DNA of 63,819 nucleotides, filler included, from a bacterium (GTDB lineage Bacteria; JAJRZV01): assembly GCA_024275095.1 (NCBI GenBank). It is 4 parts of 4 records of this genome, joined end to end, with 100 filler letters (N's around TTAATTAATTAA, not from the genome) between each part and the next. Parts side by side here need not be neighbours in the genome. Positions count along the whole stretch, not along the records: positions 25,279 to 52,022 come from JAJRZV010000048.1; positions 52,123 to 61,405 come from JAJRZV010000051.1; 2 more parts are not named here. One strand, given 5' to 3'. The notes below the pieces were generated by a model that was not told the origin of the DNA, made no database searches, and worked only from the letters and a program-made list of their open reading frames with translations. The translations under genes and the position numbers were made by a program. Below, piece by piece: positions 42,646-54,702 of this stretch (the stretch's first letter is position 1; the number at the start of each line of letters is the position of its first letter).

Positions 42646-43567
42646 TGTACCCCTCTTCCTGACTTCTAAGAATAATTTCTTTTAATGTACGTACAATGGG
42701 CTCCTTCGTTATACACATAATGCCCTGTTCTTTCTTAAACCATGTCTTTTGTCTTCGAGCATAGGCTCTGGTACTGCGTACAAAGTTTTCAAATGCATTC
42801 TCAACGTGCTCGACTCCCTTTATCACTGAAACGAACTCCCTGTACCCAATGGTTTTCAATCCAGGAGCTTTATCGCCATATTTTCTCACGAGTGCGTCCA
42901 CCTCTTCCAGCAAACCCTTCTCCAACATACTCCTGCATCTTTCCTGGATTCTGATAGTGAGAGCATCGAAAGGTACGTCAAGGTAAACCTTTATCATACG
43001 ATAACGAGGTTTCAGCTTTCGACGATGCTCTTCCCAGAATGCTGAAATCGGACGACCTGTAAGAATGTACACTTCCAGATATCGCAATAATCTGTGAGTG
43101 TCCTGTGGCGGGATTTTCCGGGCAGCAACCGGGTCTACCTCCTGAAGCTGCCTGTAAAGAACATTTCTACCTTCCTCTTCCAGACGCCTTTTTAAATACG
43201 TTCTCAATTCTTCATCTCCCTCCGGGGCCTCACACAAACCAAATTCAAGCGCTCTGATGTAAAGGCCGGTACCTCCAACCAGCACGGGAACACGACCACG
43301 AGCAACTATGTCATTGTAAACAGCATCAGCCATCTCAACAAACCGGCTGGCTGAGAAATGCTCTGCAGGAGAGACAACATCAACAACGTGGTGGGGCAGT
43401 CGCTGCATTAAACCTTTGGGCGGCTTGGCAGTACCAATATCCATCTCTTTGTAAACCTGACGCGAATCTGCTGATATGACCTCCACTGGTACATACTCTG
43501 CCAGTTTTTCTACCAGAGCGGTTTTACCTGAAGCAGTGGGGCCGCATATAACAACAAGGGACTTCAA
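42632..43567 (-). CDS. miaA: tRNA dimethylallyltransferase
   Basis: GPTASGKT, SADSRQVY, DIGTAKP, VGGTGLY, IGYRE, YARRQKTWF. Confidence 0.97.
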   Translation of the reverse strand: MKSLVVICGPTASGKTALVEKLAEYVPVEVISADSRQVYKEMDIGTAKPPKGLMQRLPHHVVDVVSPAEHFSASRFVEMADAVYNDIVARGRVPVLVGGTGLYIRALEFGLCEAPEGDEELRTYLKRRLEEEGRNVLYRQLQEVDPVAARKIPPQDTHRLLRYLEVYILTGRPISAFWEEHRRKLKPRYRMIKVYLDVPFDALTIRIQERCRSMLEKGLLEEVDALVRKYGDKAPGLKTIGYREFVSVIKGVEHVENAFENFVRSTRAYARRQKTWFKKEQGIMCITKEPIVRTLKEIILRSQEEGYIAIP

Positions 43568-45273
43568 CGCCTCTTAAACCTCCTTTCCAGTTCACTTCTA
43601 CTGATGGAAAACATAAGAGGTCGTCCATGGGGGCAATATTTCATAAGATTTTCGTCAAAAAACATCTTCAAAATTCGCAAAACATCATTTTCTCCCATCC
43701 TCACAAAACCCCTTACCACTGAATGACATGCTATGGTAGCACATATATGCGAGATCTCATTCCTTACCGCATCTACACCTCTGGTTTCATCGCTCGTCAC
43801 AGCCCTGATGATGTCATTTATGCTCACGTCCTGAAGCACTTGGGGAACCTCTCTTACAGCCACAGCATGAGGCCCTGCATCCTCGACCACAAAACCCATA
43901 CGTTCTAAAGTCATCTTCATTTCACTCAGTAAACTCTTCTCATCCGAAGACAAGGTGACTACTTCAGGCACAAGTTTTGGAACCCGAGGTGCCCCACCTT
44001 CCTCTACATTTTTCATAAGGGAAGCATATACCACCTGTTCTGCTGCTGCATGTACATCCAGGAAAACAATTTCATCCATCCGTTCAACCATGGCAAAACG
44101 CCCGAAGGCGATGCCGTGAAATTTCCACGTATCCGGTTCTTTACCAGTCAGATACATCGGCGAAGGCTCGTTGAGGCCGGGTGACCGAAACTCCTTTCTG
44201 GAAAAGGTGATCCTGTTGACGTCTTTTTTTTCTCCCGTGTCGGTTTCAGATATATCAGATGTAAAAGTCTCTGTGTTCGCAGGCGTGGCAACGGAAATCC
44301 TGTGAAGTTCCTGTACAGCAGTACGAACTGCCTCGTATACATCTGAAGGTCTCATAAAACGTACAGACTCCTTCCGCGGATGTACATTCACATCAACCTC
44401 TTCAGGATCAAGCTCAACGAAGAGAATTCCAGCTGGATAACGCGAGGGTTCTACAAGATTTCCGTACGCGCCCATAACGGCGCTGAAAATCACGTCGTCT
44501 TTTATCCACCTGTTGTTCACGTAAATATAAAGTTTGCGGGAGGTTCTGACACACCATTCAGCGGGGGTGAGCCATCCGTAAACGCGTATGCCGTGGGTTG
44601 TGGCATCAAAACCTTCCAGATGCACATCCAATCCCGTTGCCTGAATATATCTGTCCTGAGGACCGGACCGAGCATAAAGAAGAAAAACATCCCTCTTCTC
44701 TGAAAGGAGTTTCACGCGCATGTGCGTAAGTGGGACAGCAAGTCGTCTGAGCATCTCGGCAGCTGCGGCTGTCTCGCGTTGAGGCGATCGCATGAACTTG
44801 CGGCGGGCGGGGGTGTTGAAAAAAAGGTCGCTCACTTCTACCTGGGTTCCACGTCTCCAGGGATCCACGCGGAGCACTTTCACCTGACCTTCAACTGCTT
44901 CCAGCACTCTCCCCTCATCACTTCCCATCCACTTTGTCCTTATGCGCAGACGGGAAACGGCAGCAATAGCATGGAGTGCTTCACCGCGGAAACCATATGT
45001 TTCAAGTTGGAGCAGATCATCCAGTGACTGAACTTTGCTGGTTGTATATCTTTCAATTACAAGGGGCAAATCCTCTGGATGAATGCCTTCTCCGTCATCG
45101 GTAACTCGAATAAGGCGCATACCGCCACCTTCGATCTGAACCTCTACACTTTCAGCACCAGCATCAACAGCATTCTCGAAGAGCTCTTTCACCACTGATA
45201 CGGGACTTTCCACAACTTCTCCCGCTGCAATGGCCTTCCGGATCTCTTCTTTTAAAGGAAAAACGTATTTCAC
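43564..45273 (-). CDS. mutL: DNA mismatch repair protein MutL
   Basis: IAAGEVVE, ENAVDAGA, GFRGEAL, LFFNTPARRKF, DVNVHPRK, CPHGRP; adjacent to miaA. Confidence 0.96.
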   Translation of the reverse strand: MKYVFPLKEEIRKAIAAGEVVESPVSVVKELFENAVDAGAESVEVQIEGGGMRLIRVTDDGEGIHPEDLPLVIERYTTSKVQSLDDLLQLETYGFRGEALHAIAAVSRLRIRTKWMGSDEGRVLEAVEGQVKVLRVDPWRRGTQVEVSDLFFNTPARRKFMRSPQRETAAAAEMLRRLAVPLTHMRVKLLSEKRDVFLLYARSGPQDRYIQATGLDVHLEGFDATTHGIRVYGWLTPAEWCVRTSRKLYIYVNNRWIKDDVIFSAVMGAYGNLVEPSRYPAGILFVELDPEEVDVNVHPRKESVRFMRPSDVYEAVRTAVQELHRISVATPANTETFTSDISETDTGEKKDVNRITFSRKEFRSPGLNEPSPMYLTGKEPDTWKFHGIAFGRFAMVERMDEIVFLDVHAAAEQVVYASLMKNVEEGGAPRVPKLVPEVVTLSSDEKSLLSEMKMTLERMGFVVEDAGPHAVAVREVPQVLQDVSINDIIRAVTSDETRGVDAVRNEISHICATIACHSVVRGFVRMGENDVLRILKMFFDENLMKYCPHGRPLMFSISRSELERRFKRR

Positions 45274-45391
45274 GTTTTCACCCTGAACTTTTATGAACCA
45301 GATTCATTATTGAGTATACATATTGAGCATAAATTCTGCATCCCCGGATCAAATAAATTTTTTCTATTTTACACTTTTTGCACTGCTGGAT

Positions 45392-45429
45392 AAAAAAACT
45401 CCCGGGAGAACTTCCGCTCTCCCGGGAGT
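45392..45429 (-). terminator. Rho-independent terminator of groESL
   Basis: 12-bp perfect stem ACTCCCGGGAGA / TCTCCCGGGAGT, 8-nt loop, then a U-tract on the minus strand. Confidence 0.9.
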
Positions 45430-45467
45430 CGCCTCAGCCTTAATTCAGGGACGAAGGTTAATTCACA

Positions 45468-47147
<1,680 letters not shown>

Positions 47148-47166
47148 TCATTTGCACCATATGTCT

Positions 47167-47457
47167 TCACTCTTCCACAATTCCCAGTACTTCATCCTCG
47201 GAAAGAATCAGGTGCTCCTCTCCATTGAGCTTAATCTCTGTACCGGCGTACTTGGCAAAAATCACCTTCTGGCCCTCTTTCACCTCAAGCGGTACAACCT
47301 TCCCATCATCAAGCAACCGACCCTTACCCACAGCCACCACAAGACCCAGCTGGGGCTTTTCCTTGGCGGTATCGGGGATCAGGATGCCTCCTTTGGTGCG
47401 CTCTTCTTCTTCAATACGTTTGACGAGGATTTTGTCTCTCAACGGTGTCACCTTCAT
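47167..47457 (-). CDS. groS: Co-chaperonin GroES
   Basis: [27 protein letters not shown]. Confidence 0.98.
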   Translation of the reverse strand: MKVTPLRDKILVKRIEEEERTKGGILIPDTAKEKPQLGLVVAVGKGRLLDDGKVVPLEVKEGQKVIFAKYAGTEIKLNGEEHLILSEDEVLGIVEE

Positions 47458-47531
47458 GGGCCCACCTCCTGTGGAATATTATTCAATTCAACCTCATTTA
47501 GACCAAAAATTTTATAAACAGCATCAAATTG

Positions 47532-47558
47532 TTAGCACTTTTCTCTTTAGAGTGCTAA
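47532..47558 (-). promoter_or_regulatory. CIRCE element (HrcA operator)
   Basis: Minus strand TTAGCACTC-N9-AAGTGCTAA, one mismatch to TTAGCACTC-N9-GAGTGCTAA, upstream of groES. Confidence 0.95.
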
Positions 47559-47560
47559 TA

Positions 47561-47603
47561 AAAATATAACCACAGGAACGAGAGTGTCAACCCGTTCCTG
47601 TGG
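47561..47603 (-). terminator. Putative intrinsic terminator of the prs-rplY-pth-hppA transcript
   Basis: 11-bp perfect stem CCACAGGAACG / CGTTCCTGTGG followed by TTATATTTTT, 24 nt after the hppA stop. Confidence 0.65.
47563..47590 (-). promoter_or_regulatory. sigma70 promoter of groESL
   Basis: TTGACA-N16-TATATT immediately 5' of CIRCE. Confidence 0.7.
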
Positions 47604-47627
47604 GTCCGAAACTTAATTCCCAGAAAT

Positions 47628-49676
47628 TCAGCCGAAAATTGCCTGGTACACCCGTAGAATAAAAGGAGCAAAAACCAGTGACACTACTGACATGAGCTTG
47701 ATAAGAATATTCATAGATGGACCAGCCGTATCCTTAAAGGGGTCACCGATCGTATCTCCCACAACAGCTGCCTTGTGAGGCTCGGAACCCTTGCCGCCGA
47801 GGTTACCTTCTTCTATCCACTTTTTCGCATTATCCCACGCGCCTCCCCCGTTGGCCATCATGAGCCCAATAAGTACCCCTGTAGCTGTCGCACCGGCTAA
47901 CAGTCCTCCCAAGGCAGCCGGCCCAAGAATAAACCCTACAAGCAAGGGTACGACCACCGCTGTCACCCCCGGTACAACCATCCGTTTCAAGGCTGCATTG
48001 GTGCTGATGGCCACACAGCGCGCGGAATCGGGCTTTGCCTTACCTTCCATAAGACCGGAAATTTCGCGGAACTGGCGGCGTATCTCCTCCACCATCTCGA
48101 ATGCTGCATCACCAACAGCATTGAGAGTAGAAGCGGAAATAAAGAAAGGCATAAGTGCTCCGATAAGGAGACCAATAACCACATTGGGGTTTGTAAGGTC
48201 TATTATCAGTTTTTCACCGGTCAATTTTCCGATGGTGCTGGAGTAAGCAGAAAAAAGAGCCAGCGCCGTGAGAGCGGCCGATCCGATAGCAAAGCCTTTT
48301 CCAATCGCTGCCGTCGTGTTGCCAAGTGCATCAAGGGTATCTGTTATTTTCCTGGTCTCAGGACCCAGTTCCGCCATCTCGGAGATTCCCCCGGCATTAT
48401 CTGCAATGGGACCGTATGCATCCACAGACATGGTAATTCCCACTGTGCCAAGCATGCCCACCGCTGCCAGGGCGATTCCATAAAGTCCGGACGTGGTGAA
48501 TGCAACCCAAATGCCTGCTCCAATAGCAAGAAGAGGAAACGCAGTGGATTCCATCCCCACCGCAAGTCCGGTGAGGATATTGGTGGCCACTCCTGTTTTA
48601 GATGCTTCTGCTATGCGTCGTATGGGTTTTCCAGAAGTGTAATATTCTGTTAAAAGTCCAATAACAACTCCGTCAATTACGCCAATAGCCACTGCCCAGA
48701 AAGGAGCTGTAAGAAATCTGAATCCTGCTGGCACAGTAGATGCCTGAGCCCCGAGTCCTCGAACGATCAAATACGAAAATATAAGGAAGAGTCCTACAGA
48801 TACAAATGTGGAATACCTCAGTGCCACCTGGGGGGACAGCCTTTCAAAAATTCTTACCGAGAAAATTCCCACAACCGAAGCAACGAGCCCACCTACAATG
48901 AGAAAAAGCGGAAGGGAAGTCCAGATATGGGGGTCTGGCAAAGTGACACCGATAGCAATGGATGCCACCACAGACCCCACATAGGACTCGAACAGGTCAG
49001 CGCCCATGCCTGCCACATCACCCACGTTATCTCCTACGTTATCAGCGATAACTCCCGGATTGCGTGGATCATCCTCAGGAATACCAGCCTCAACCTTACC
49101 CACCAGGTCTGCTCCCACATCCGCTGCTTTGGTGTAAATGCCACCTCCTACCCTGGCAAAGAGAGCAATGGATGAAGCACCCATTGCGAAACCATTAATA
49201 ATGGCAATTTTATGTAAATCTCGGGAAAGAACAGCGTATAGCAGGCCGAGGCCCAGAATTCCAAGAGAAGCCACAGAAAGTCCCATAACAGAGCCGCCCA
49301 AAAATGCGATACGAAGTGCTTTGCTCTGGCCTTCACTGGTGGCTGCCTGAGAGGTCCGCACATTAGCACGAGTGGCAGTTTTCATCCCGAAAAATCCTGC
49401 AAGCATGGAGCTGAGAGCACCGAATGCAAATGCAAGTGCTGTTTCAAGTCCGTACTCTCTCAGCCCGAACCATAAAAGCAAGAACACCACAACTTCAAAC
49501 ACAGCGATAACAGAATACTCGCGCCGTAAGAACACCATTGCTCCCTGGTGAATCATCTCTGCAATCTCCTGCATCTTTTCATTGCCTGCAGGTTGCTTTT
49601 TAACAAACAGAAAAATGCTCAACGCTACAAGAAGACCCACTGCACCCATAACAGGAACGATGACAACGTAGCTCAT
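47628..49676 (-). CDS. hppA: Membrane-bound ion-translocating pyrophosphatase, K+-dependent type (probably Na+-translocating)
   Basis: [44 protein letters not shown] (Ala marks K+ dependence), [14 protein letters not shown]. Confidence 0.95.
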   Translation of the reverse strand: MSYVVIVPVMGAVGLLVALSIFLFVKKQPAGNEKMQEIAEMIHQGAMVFLRREYSVIAVFEVVVFLLLWFGLREYGLETALAFAFGALSSMLAGFFGMKTATRANVRTSQAATSEGQSKALRIAFLGGSVMGLSVASLGILGLGLLYAVLSRDLHKIAIINGFAMGASSIALFARVGGGIYTKAADVGADLVGKVEAGIPEDDPRNPGVIADNVGDNVGDVAGMGADLFESYVGSVVASIAIGVTLPDPHIWTSLPLFLIVGGLVASVVGIFSVRIFERLSPQVALRYSTFVSVGLFLIFSYLIVRGLGAQASTVPAGFRFLTAPFWAVAIGVIDGVVIGLLTEYYTSGKPIRRIAEASKTGVATNILTGLAVGMESTAFPLLAIGAGIWVAFTTSGLYGIALAAVGMLGTVGITMSVDAYGPIADNAGGISEMAELGPETRKITDTLDALGNTTAAIGKGFAIGSAALTALALFSAYSSTIGKLTGEKLIIDLTNPNVVIGLLIGALMPFFISASTLNAVGDAAFEMVEEIRRQFREISGLMEGKAKPDSARCVAISTNAALKRMVVPGVTAVVVPLLVGFILGPAALGGLLAGATATGVLIGLMMANGGGAWDNAKKWIEEGNLGGKGSEPHKAAVVGDTIGDPFKDTAGPSMNILIKLMSVVSLVFAPFILRVYQAIFG

Positions 49677-50263
49677 GACTCATCCTCCTTGATTTGGTGA
49701 AATCGATTCATGGCCGTTTGAGGGCCGTTATCTATTATTTCAAAAACAGCCTCCGCTGCCATATTCACTCCGCTCATAATTTTCTCCAACATTTCCCCCC
49801 TGAGAGGCTCCAGCACATACACGCTACCACTTATTCCCGGCGGCCTTCGACCTACACCCACACGCACACGTACAAACCTGTGCGTGTGGATGTGAGCTAT
49901 CACAGATGCAACACCCTTGTGACCTCCGTGACCACCGGCTGTTTTTATCCGAATACGTCCGGCGGGTATATCCATATCATCGTGAACTACGATCAGGTCA
50001 CTCACGCCAATTCTCTCTGCATCCATAACCCGTCTGATTGGACCTCCGCTCTCATTCATATATGAAAGAGGTTTAAAGAGTATTAAATGAGCATCTTTAT
50101 GGGTCGTGCGCCAGCATGCTCCACCGTGCAAAAATTCAGGAGGGGTAGTTATCTTCTTTAATTCACAAATACGATCAATCACGAGGAACCCCGCATTATG
50201 GCGTGTCAAGCGATACTCTTCTCCTGGATTGCCCAATCCTGCAATGAGAAAAACATCTGCCAC
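49673..50263 (-). CDS. pth: Peptidyl-tRNA hydrolase
   Basis: GLGNPG..TRHNAGF, YMNESG, VHDDMD, GGHKG. Confidence 0.96.
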   Translation of the reverse strand: MADVFLIAGLGNPGEEYRLTRHNAGFLVIDRICELKKITTPPEFLHGGACWRTTHKDAHLILFKPLSYMNESGGPIRRVMDAERIGVSDLIVVHDDMDIPAGRIRIKTAGGHGGHKGVASVIAHIHTHRFVRVRVGVGRRPPGISGSVYVLEPLRGEMLEKIMSGVNMAAEAVFEIIDNGPQTAMNRFHQIKEDES

Positions 50264-50279
50264 TCCAATTCTACGCCTG

Positions 50280-50954
50280 TTATTCTTCCTCTTCTTTCTC
50301 CTCTTCCTTTTCTTCCTTGCCCCGGGCGATTACCTCAGGTTCCACCGCTTCTTCCTCTTCAATCTCTTCTGCAACCTCTTCTTCTTTCTCTTCAGCCACA
50401 ACAGCTACAACAGGCAACTCCTCGTCATCAATAGGCCGAACACCGGGAGGATATTCAATGTCACCGACATGAATCACATCACCAATGTCCAGCGAAGAAA
50501 TGTCCACCTCGAGGTGTTCAGGAAGGTCCTTGGGCAGGCACCTAACCCAGATAGTTCTTTTCATCCAGTCCACAATTCCACCTTTTCTCAACCCCACAGG
50601 CTCACCTTTAATGTGCACTGAAATTTCCATATCCATTTCCTGGCCGCGCTGAAATTCGTAAAAATCAATGTGCACCAGCTCCAGAGAAAGCGGATCTATC
50701 TGTACATCCTTAAGGATTACCATGCGTCCATCAATATCAGAGGACTCAGGGGACACGAACTTTATCAAAACAGTCTCTCCCTTACGGACTTTCAGTTTGG
50801 ATTTTATTTCACTCACCGGCACCCATATTTTCACCGGCTCTATTGCTGGACCATACACAATGCTCGGTACAAGACCATTCCGCCGGTTGGTTTTAAGAAC
50901 AGACTTTGTCGTCTTTTCTCGAGGCTTGACCTCAATTTCCACTACCTGAGCCAT
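50280..50954 (-). CDS. rplY: 50S ribosomal protein L25/Ctc
   Basis: VPSIVYG, KDVQIDP..HIDF, GEPVG..KGG, acidic tail; prs-rplY-pth order. Confidence 0.95.
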   Translation of the reverse strand: MAQVVEIEVKPREKTTKSVLKTNRRNGLVPSIVYGPAIEPVKIWVPVSEIKSKLKVRKGETVLIKFVSPESSDIDGRMVILKDVQIDPLSLELVHIDFYEFQRGQEMDMEISVHIKGEPVGLRKGGIVDWMKRTIWVRCLPKDLPEHLEVDISSLDIGDVIHVGDIEYPPGVRPIDDEELPVVAVVAEEKEEEVAEEIEEEEAVEPEVIARGKEEKEEEKEEEE

Positions 50955-50976
50955 GAATTATCACCTCCTCTAATTC

Positions 50977-51912
50977 TCACACAAACAGGGAACTTACGGA
51001 TTCACCTTTGTGAATACGGCGTATGCTTTCACCAAGGAGCTCACTTACCGTAAGCACCTCTATTTTTTCACTTCGTGCAGCCTCATCCTTGAGAGGGATA
51101 GTGTCAGTGACAACAAGCTTCTCAAGTTGGGAACGTTCTATCTTCTCAACCGCATTTCCCGAAAGCACGGCATGCGTACAACATGCAAAAATTCTGGTAG
51201 CACCTCTTTCTTTCAAGGCATCCGCAGCTCTGACAAGGGTACCGCCTGTATCTACAATATCATCAACAATTACCGCCGTTTTACCTTCTACCTCTCCAAT
51301 AACGTGCATTATCTGGGCCACGTTGGGTCGCGGGCGGCGTTTGTCAATAAGAGCAAGTCCACAATTAAGACGCTTCGCATACTGACGTGCTCTTTCTGTA
51401 CCCCCAGCGTCAGGAGATACGATTACCATCTCCTCATCGTCTATATTCTTGATAAATTCCAGCAGTACAGGTAAAGCGTAAAGATTATCAACCGGAATAT
51501 TGAAAAAGCCCTGAATCTGGCCTGCATGGAGGTCGACAGTTACTACCCTGTGAGCTCCTGCTGCAGTAATAAGGTCAGCCACAAGCTTGGCAGAGATAGG
51601 AGTTCGGGGTTGAACCTTCCGGTCCTGACGAGCGTATCCATAGTATGGGATAACCGCTGTAATCGTGGTTGCAGATGCTCGTTTCAGCGCATCGAGCATG
51701 AGCAAAAGTTCCATGAGATTATCATTACCGGGGCTACAGGTACTTTGAACCACGTACACATCTTCCCCGCGCACGCTTTCCTGAATTTCTACGAATATTT
51801 CCCCGTCACTAAACCTTGTAACTTCGCATTTTCCAACTTCTATCTCAAGATACCTGCAGATTTTCTCCGCAAGTAAAGGATTAGATGTCCCCGTGAACAC
51901 CTTGATGCGCAT
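50977..51912 (-). CDS. prs: Ribose-phosphate pyrophosphokinase
   Basis: [45 protein letters not shown]. Confidence 0.98.
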   Translation of the reverse strand: MRIKVFTGTSNPLLAEKICRYLEIEVGKCEVTRFSDGEIFVEIQESVRGEDVYVVQSTCSPGNDNLMELLLMLDALKRASATTITAVIPYYGYARQDRKVQPRTPISAKLVADLITAAGAHRVVTVDLHAGQIQGFFNIPVDNLYALPVLLEFIKNIDDEEMVIVSPDAGGTERARQYAKRLNCGLALIDKRRPRPNVAQIMHVIGEVEGKTAVIVDDIVDTGGTLVRAADALKERGATRIFACCTHAVLSGNAVEKIERSQLEKLVVTDTIPLKDEAARSEKIEVLTVSELLGESIRRIHKGESVSSLFV

Positions 51913-51943
51913 GAGCCACCTTCGAAACGAAAAAGTCAGCGTG

Positions 51944-51973
51944 ATTTTAAGTGAAGCTCACTCAAAGTGTCAA
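51944..51973 (-). promoter_or_regulatory. Putative sigma70 promoter of prs
   Basis: TTGACA-N18-TAAAAT on the minus strand. Confidence 0.5.
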
Positions 51974-52022
51974 CAATACTTTATATTTCCCGCCCGCCCT
52001 ATCCCTGATTATCTCTCGGCGC

Positions 52023-52122
52023 NNNNNNNNNNNNNNNNNNNNNNNNNNNNNNNNNNNNNNNNNNNNTTAATTAATTAANNNNNNNNNNNNNNNNNNNNNN
52101 NNNNNNNNNNNNNNNNNNNNNN
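52023..52122. other. Artificial contig linker
   Basis: N44-TTAATTAATTAA-N44. Confidence 0.99.
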
Positions 52123-52361
52123 GAAGAAGCGAGCCCGGAATTTTCACTCCCATTGTAATAAGCTGTGCAGCAAGTGAAGGTTTTGGTGTGCTGGTGTCAT
52201 CCTGTGATGATGCTGGAATGTCGCCCCCTGAATTTGTCAAACGAACGGTCAATAAAATCACCTTTTTTCTTTATTTTTCCGCATATTATCAATATAGCAC
52301 CAAAAGCCAACCCGGGCAATTCGGAAGTTATTAAATTAGGTGTGAGTACTTCTGGTTTCGT

Positions 52362-53384
52362 TTATTGTGCGCTGGAGTTGTAATGTGCGTTTGATTTACG
52401 TATTCGGGATAGTTTCTCCTTAACCATGGTTACAATTTTACTACTCAACAGGGAACCAGAAACCTTCTTCCACACCTCTTTCCCACGTGCGAGAAGCTGG
52501 TTATACACGTTTTCCTTTAATTCAAGAGGTTTGAGCCCCCGATTGAGCATTTCCTGGTATGCGGTGCGGTTGTCTCTTCGAATAATTTTCATGAGAGGTT
52601 TTTCAAATTTTTTCCAGCACTCCTTTAACACCTTCTGTTGTTTTGGATCGAGTTTGTTGTAGGCCCAGGTGGATACGAGTACAGCTGCGGGGGTGTAGGA
52701 GAAAAACCACGGAGTAATGTACTTGAGCTGGGTAAACCACTGGAGGCCCACCACTGCGTAGTCCGTGCCGTATACTCCCTCCACCATGCCTGTCGATAGG
52801 GCCGTGTACACATCAGGTAATTGAAGAGGCACAATATTTGTGAAACCGAATCCCTTTAACGCTTCCAGGCCAATGGGATCTCCTGTCCAGTAGAACATGC
52901 GGGTATTGAGAAAGTCCTGGAGTGTTTCTATTTTCCGGGTGAAGTAAAATCTTACGAGCCCTACTTCCAGGAATCCAAGAAGCTCAAAACCTTTCTGCCT
53001 GAACATTTCGCTGAACTCTTCCTGCATGCTTTCGAGCAGATAATCCACTTCCTTTTCATTTTGGAAAAGAAAGGGCAGTTCCAGAACTCGAATATCAGGC
53101 GTAATTAATCCCAAGCCCACGAGCGTAAAGGCGGCACCGTGCAGTTGCCTTAGCCGGACCTTTTTAAGTTCCGCGGGCTCGTCGCCCATTGTTCCACCGA
53201 GGAACCACTGGATCCTCAGCTTATCTGATGTCTCTTCGGCTACGCATTGTGCAAATCGTTTCCCGTAATCCGCCCACGAAGAATCTTCAGGAGAAATGGC
53301 CGCCAGCTTCAAGGTGATAGCAAAACCTGGCGTTGAAAAAAGAAAAAGGTTGGTCAATAAAACCTTGATAATTTTTCCGATCAT
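52362..53384 (-). CDS. dctP: TRAP substrate-binding protein DctP (TatP-type), copy 3
   Basis: LKLAAISPEDSSW, GGTMGDEP, LELPFLF, ALSTGMVE, GLQWF. Confidence 0.9.
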   Translation of the reverse strand: MIGKIIKVLLTNLFLFSTPGFAITLKLAAISPEDSSWADYGKRFAQCVAEETSDKLRIQWFLGGTMGDEPAELKKVRLRQLHGAAFTLVGLGLITPDIRVLELPFLFQNEKEVDYLLESMQEEFSEMFRQKGFELLGFLEVGLVRFYFTRKIETLQDFLNTRMFYWTGDPIGLEALKGFGFTNIVPLQLPDVYTALSTGMVEGVYGTDYAVVGLQWFTQLKYITPWFFSYTPAAVLVSTWAYNKLDPKQQKVLKECWKKFEKPLMKIIRRDNRTAYQEMLNRGLKPLELKENVYNQLLARGKEVWKKVSGSLLSSKIVTMVKEKLSRIRKSNAHYNSSAQ

Positions 53385-54433
53385 TGGGTATTTGACGTGT
53401 GCTCTTTCCTCTGACGATATTCGTTGAGGAGCGTGACAATTTCCTGATAGAGCTTTTCCCCCTTAATCATTTTTGCAATGCGGCGGTTAAGTTCTTCCGA
53501 ACGCTTTTGGAGTTCTAAAAAGTCTTCTTTTCGACGGAAATTCACGGGTTTCAATCCTGACTTGATAAATTGCTCATATGTTTTCTGATTGAGTTCTCGT
53601 ACACTGTCTCTCAATATGGGGAAATATTTCTGCCAGGCTTCCTTGATAATGTTGCGAAGATCCGGAGGGAGCATGTTGTATATTCTTTTTGTCAGTACAA
53701 TTCCCCCGGACGTATAACCGGCGATCATCTGAGATACGTACTTTGCTTCTCTGTACCACTGGAGCCCGAGTGCTGCATAGGGTGGACAGTAGAATGTATC
53801 AACCATTCCTGTCTGGAGGCCTGGCAGTACTTCTGTGATATTGAGAATTACCGGGGTAACTCCAAGACCCTCACGAGCCATGATTTCCGCGAAGGGGTCT
53901 CCAGACCAGACCCACACACGGGCTTTTTTGAAAGCGTCAAAAGTATCCAGTTTGTATTTAGAAAAAAACCTTACCCCCCCGACTTCGGTCCACCCTATCA
54001 GTATGAAATTGTTTTTTTCCGCAATGGCTGCAAATTCATTAAACAAACGCTCACGGATATAATCCCACTCACCGTAATTCCGGTAAAAGAGCACAAGGTT
54101 GAGCAGGCGCACCTGAGGAATGATGCTGGTCAATCCGAATTCTGTGAGTGCTGCTCCCTGGAGCTGATTTAATTTCATCTTTCTTACAATATTGGGTTCG
54201 TCCCCCATAACTCCACCAGGGTAGTGGATGATTTTCAGGCGCCCCTGGCTGCGTTCCTCCACCTCTTTTTTAAACATCCGGTAAATTTCACCCCACTGGC
54301 TATCTTCCGGCGCAATGGAAGCTATTTTGAGTATTATGGGAGATTCGGCGAATGCCGTTAGGGTAAAAGCCAGGTATGCACTACACCATATTAACGCTTT
54401 GAACTTTGATTTAAAAATTGTAAATAATGCCAT
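53381..54433 (-). CDS. dctP: TRAP substrate-binding protein DctP (TatP-type), copy 4
   Basis: LKIASIAPEDSQW, GGVMGDEP, GLQTGMVDTFY, GLQWY; ATGA overlap with copy 3. Confidence 0.9.
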   Translation of the reverse strand: MALFTIFKSKFKALIWCSAYLAFTLTAFAESPIILKIASIAPEDSQWGEIYRMFKKEVEERSQGRLKIIHYPGGVMGDEPNIVRKMKLNQLQGAALTEFGLTSIIPQVRLLNLVLFYRNYGEWDYIRERLFNEFAAIAEKNNFILIGWTEVGGVRFFSKYKLDTFDAFKKARVWVWSGDPFAEIMAREGLGVTPVILNITEVLPGLQTGMVDTFYCPPYAALGLQWYREAKYVSQMIAGYTSGGIVLTKRIYNMLPPDLRNIIKEAWQKYFPILRDSVRELNQKTYEQFIKSGLKPVNFRRKEDFLELQKRSEELNRRIAKMIKGEKLYQEIVTLLNEYRQRKEHTSNTQ

Positions 54434-54594
54434 ATCCCCTTTTTTTCTTTTACTATTTTGCCGAAAGGATGTCAAAGCTTTTTTTGCGATTTTTTCTCAA
54501 ACCTCCGGGGCCTGGTCTCAACATTGGACATTCGCTATTTCATACTAAGGTTTTATGTGGGGTTTGGCACGTGGTTGGAGATCGCTTTATAAAA

Positions 54595-54627
54595 ATTGCT
54601 TCGGTCGTTTCACTTCCTCGCAATGAC
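54595..54627 (-). repeat. Single arm of a GTCATTGCGAG-type REP-like intergenic repeat
   Basis: Minus strand GTCATTGCGAGGAAGTGAAACGACCGAAGCAAT resembles the recalled consensus GTCATTGCGAGGAGCGAAGCGACGAAGCAATC; only one copy seen in the window. Confidence 0.55.
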
Positions 54628-54702
54628 TGGGGTGGTATGCACGTAAAACTCCTTGAAATTTTGAAGGATCGTTGAAGGTGGGGGAAGAGTAGCTTCAGGA
54701 TT

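Noticed and set aside
51913-52022. tRNA-Gln often found upstream of prs
   Set aside because: No cloverleaf or T-loop motif visible before the contig ends.
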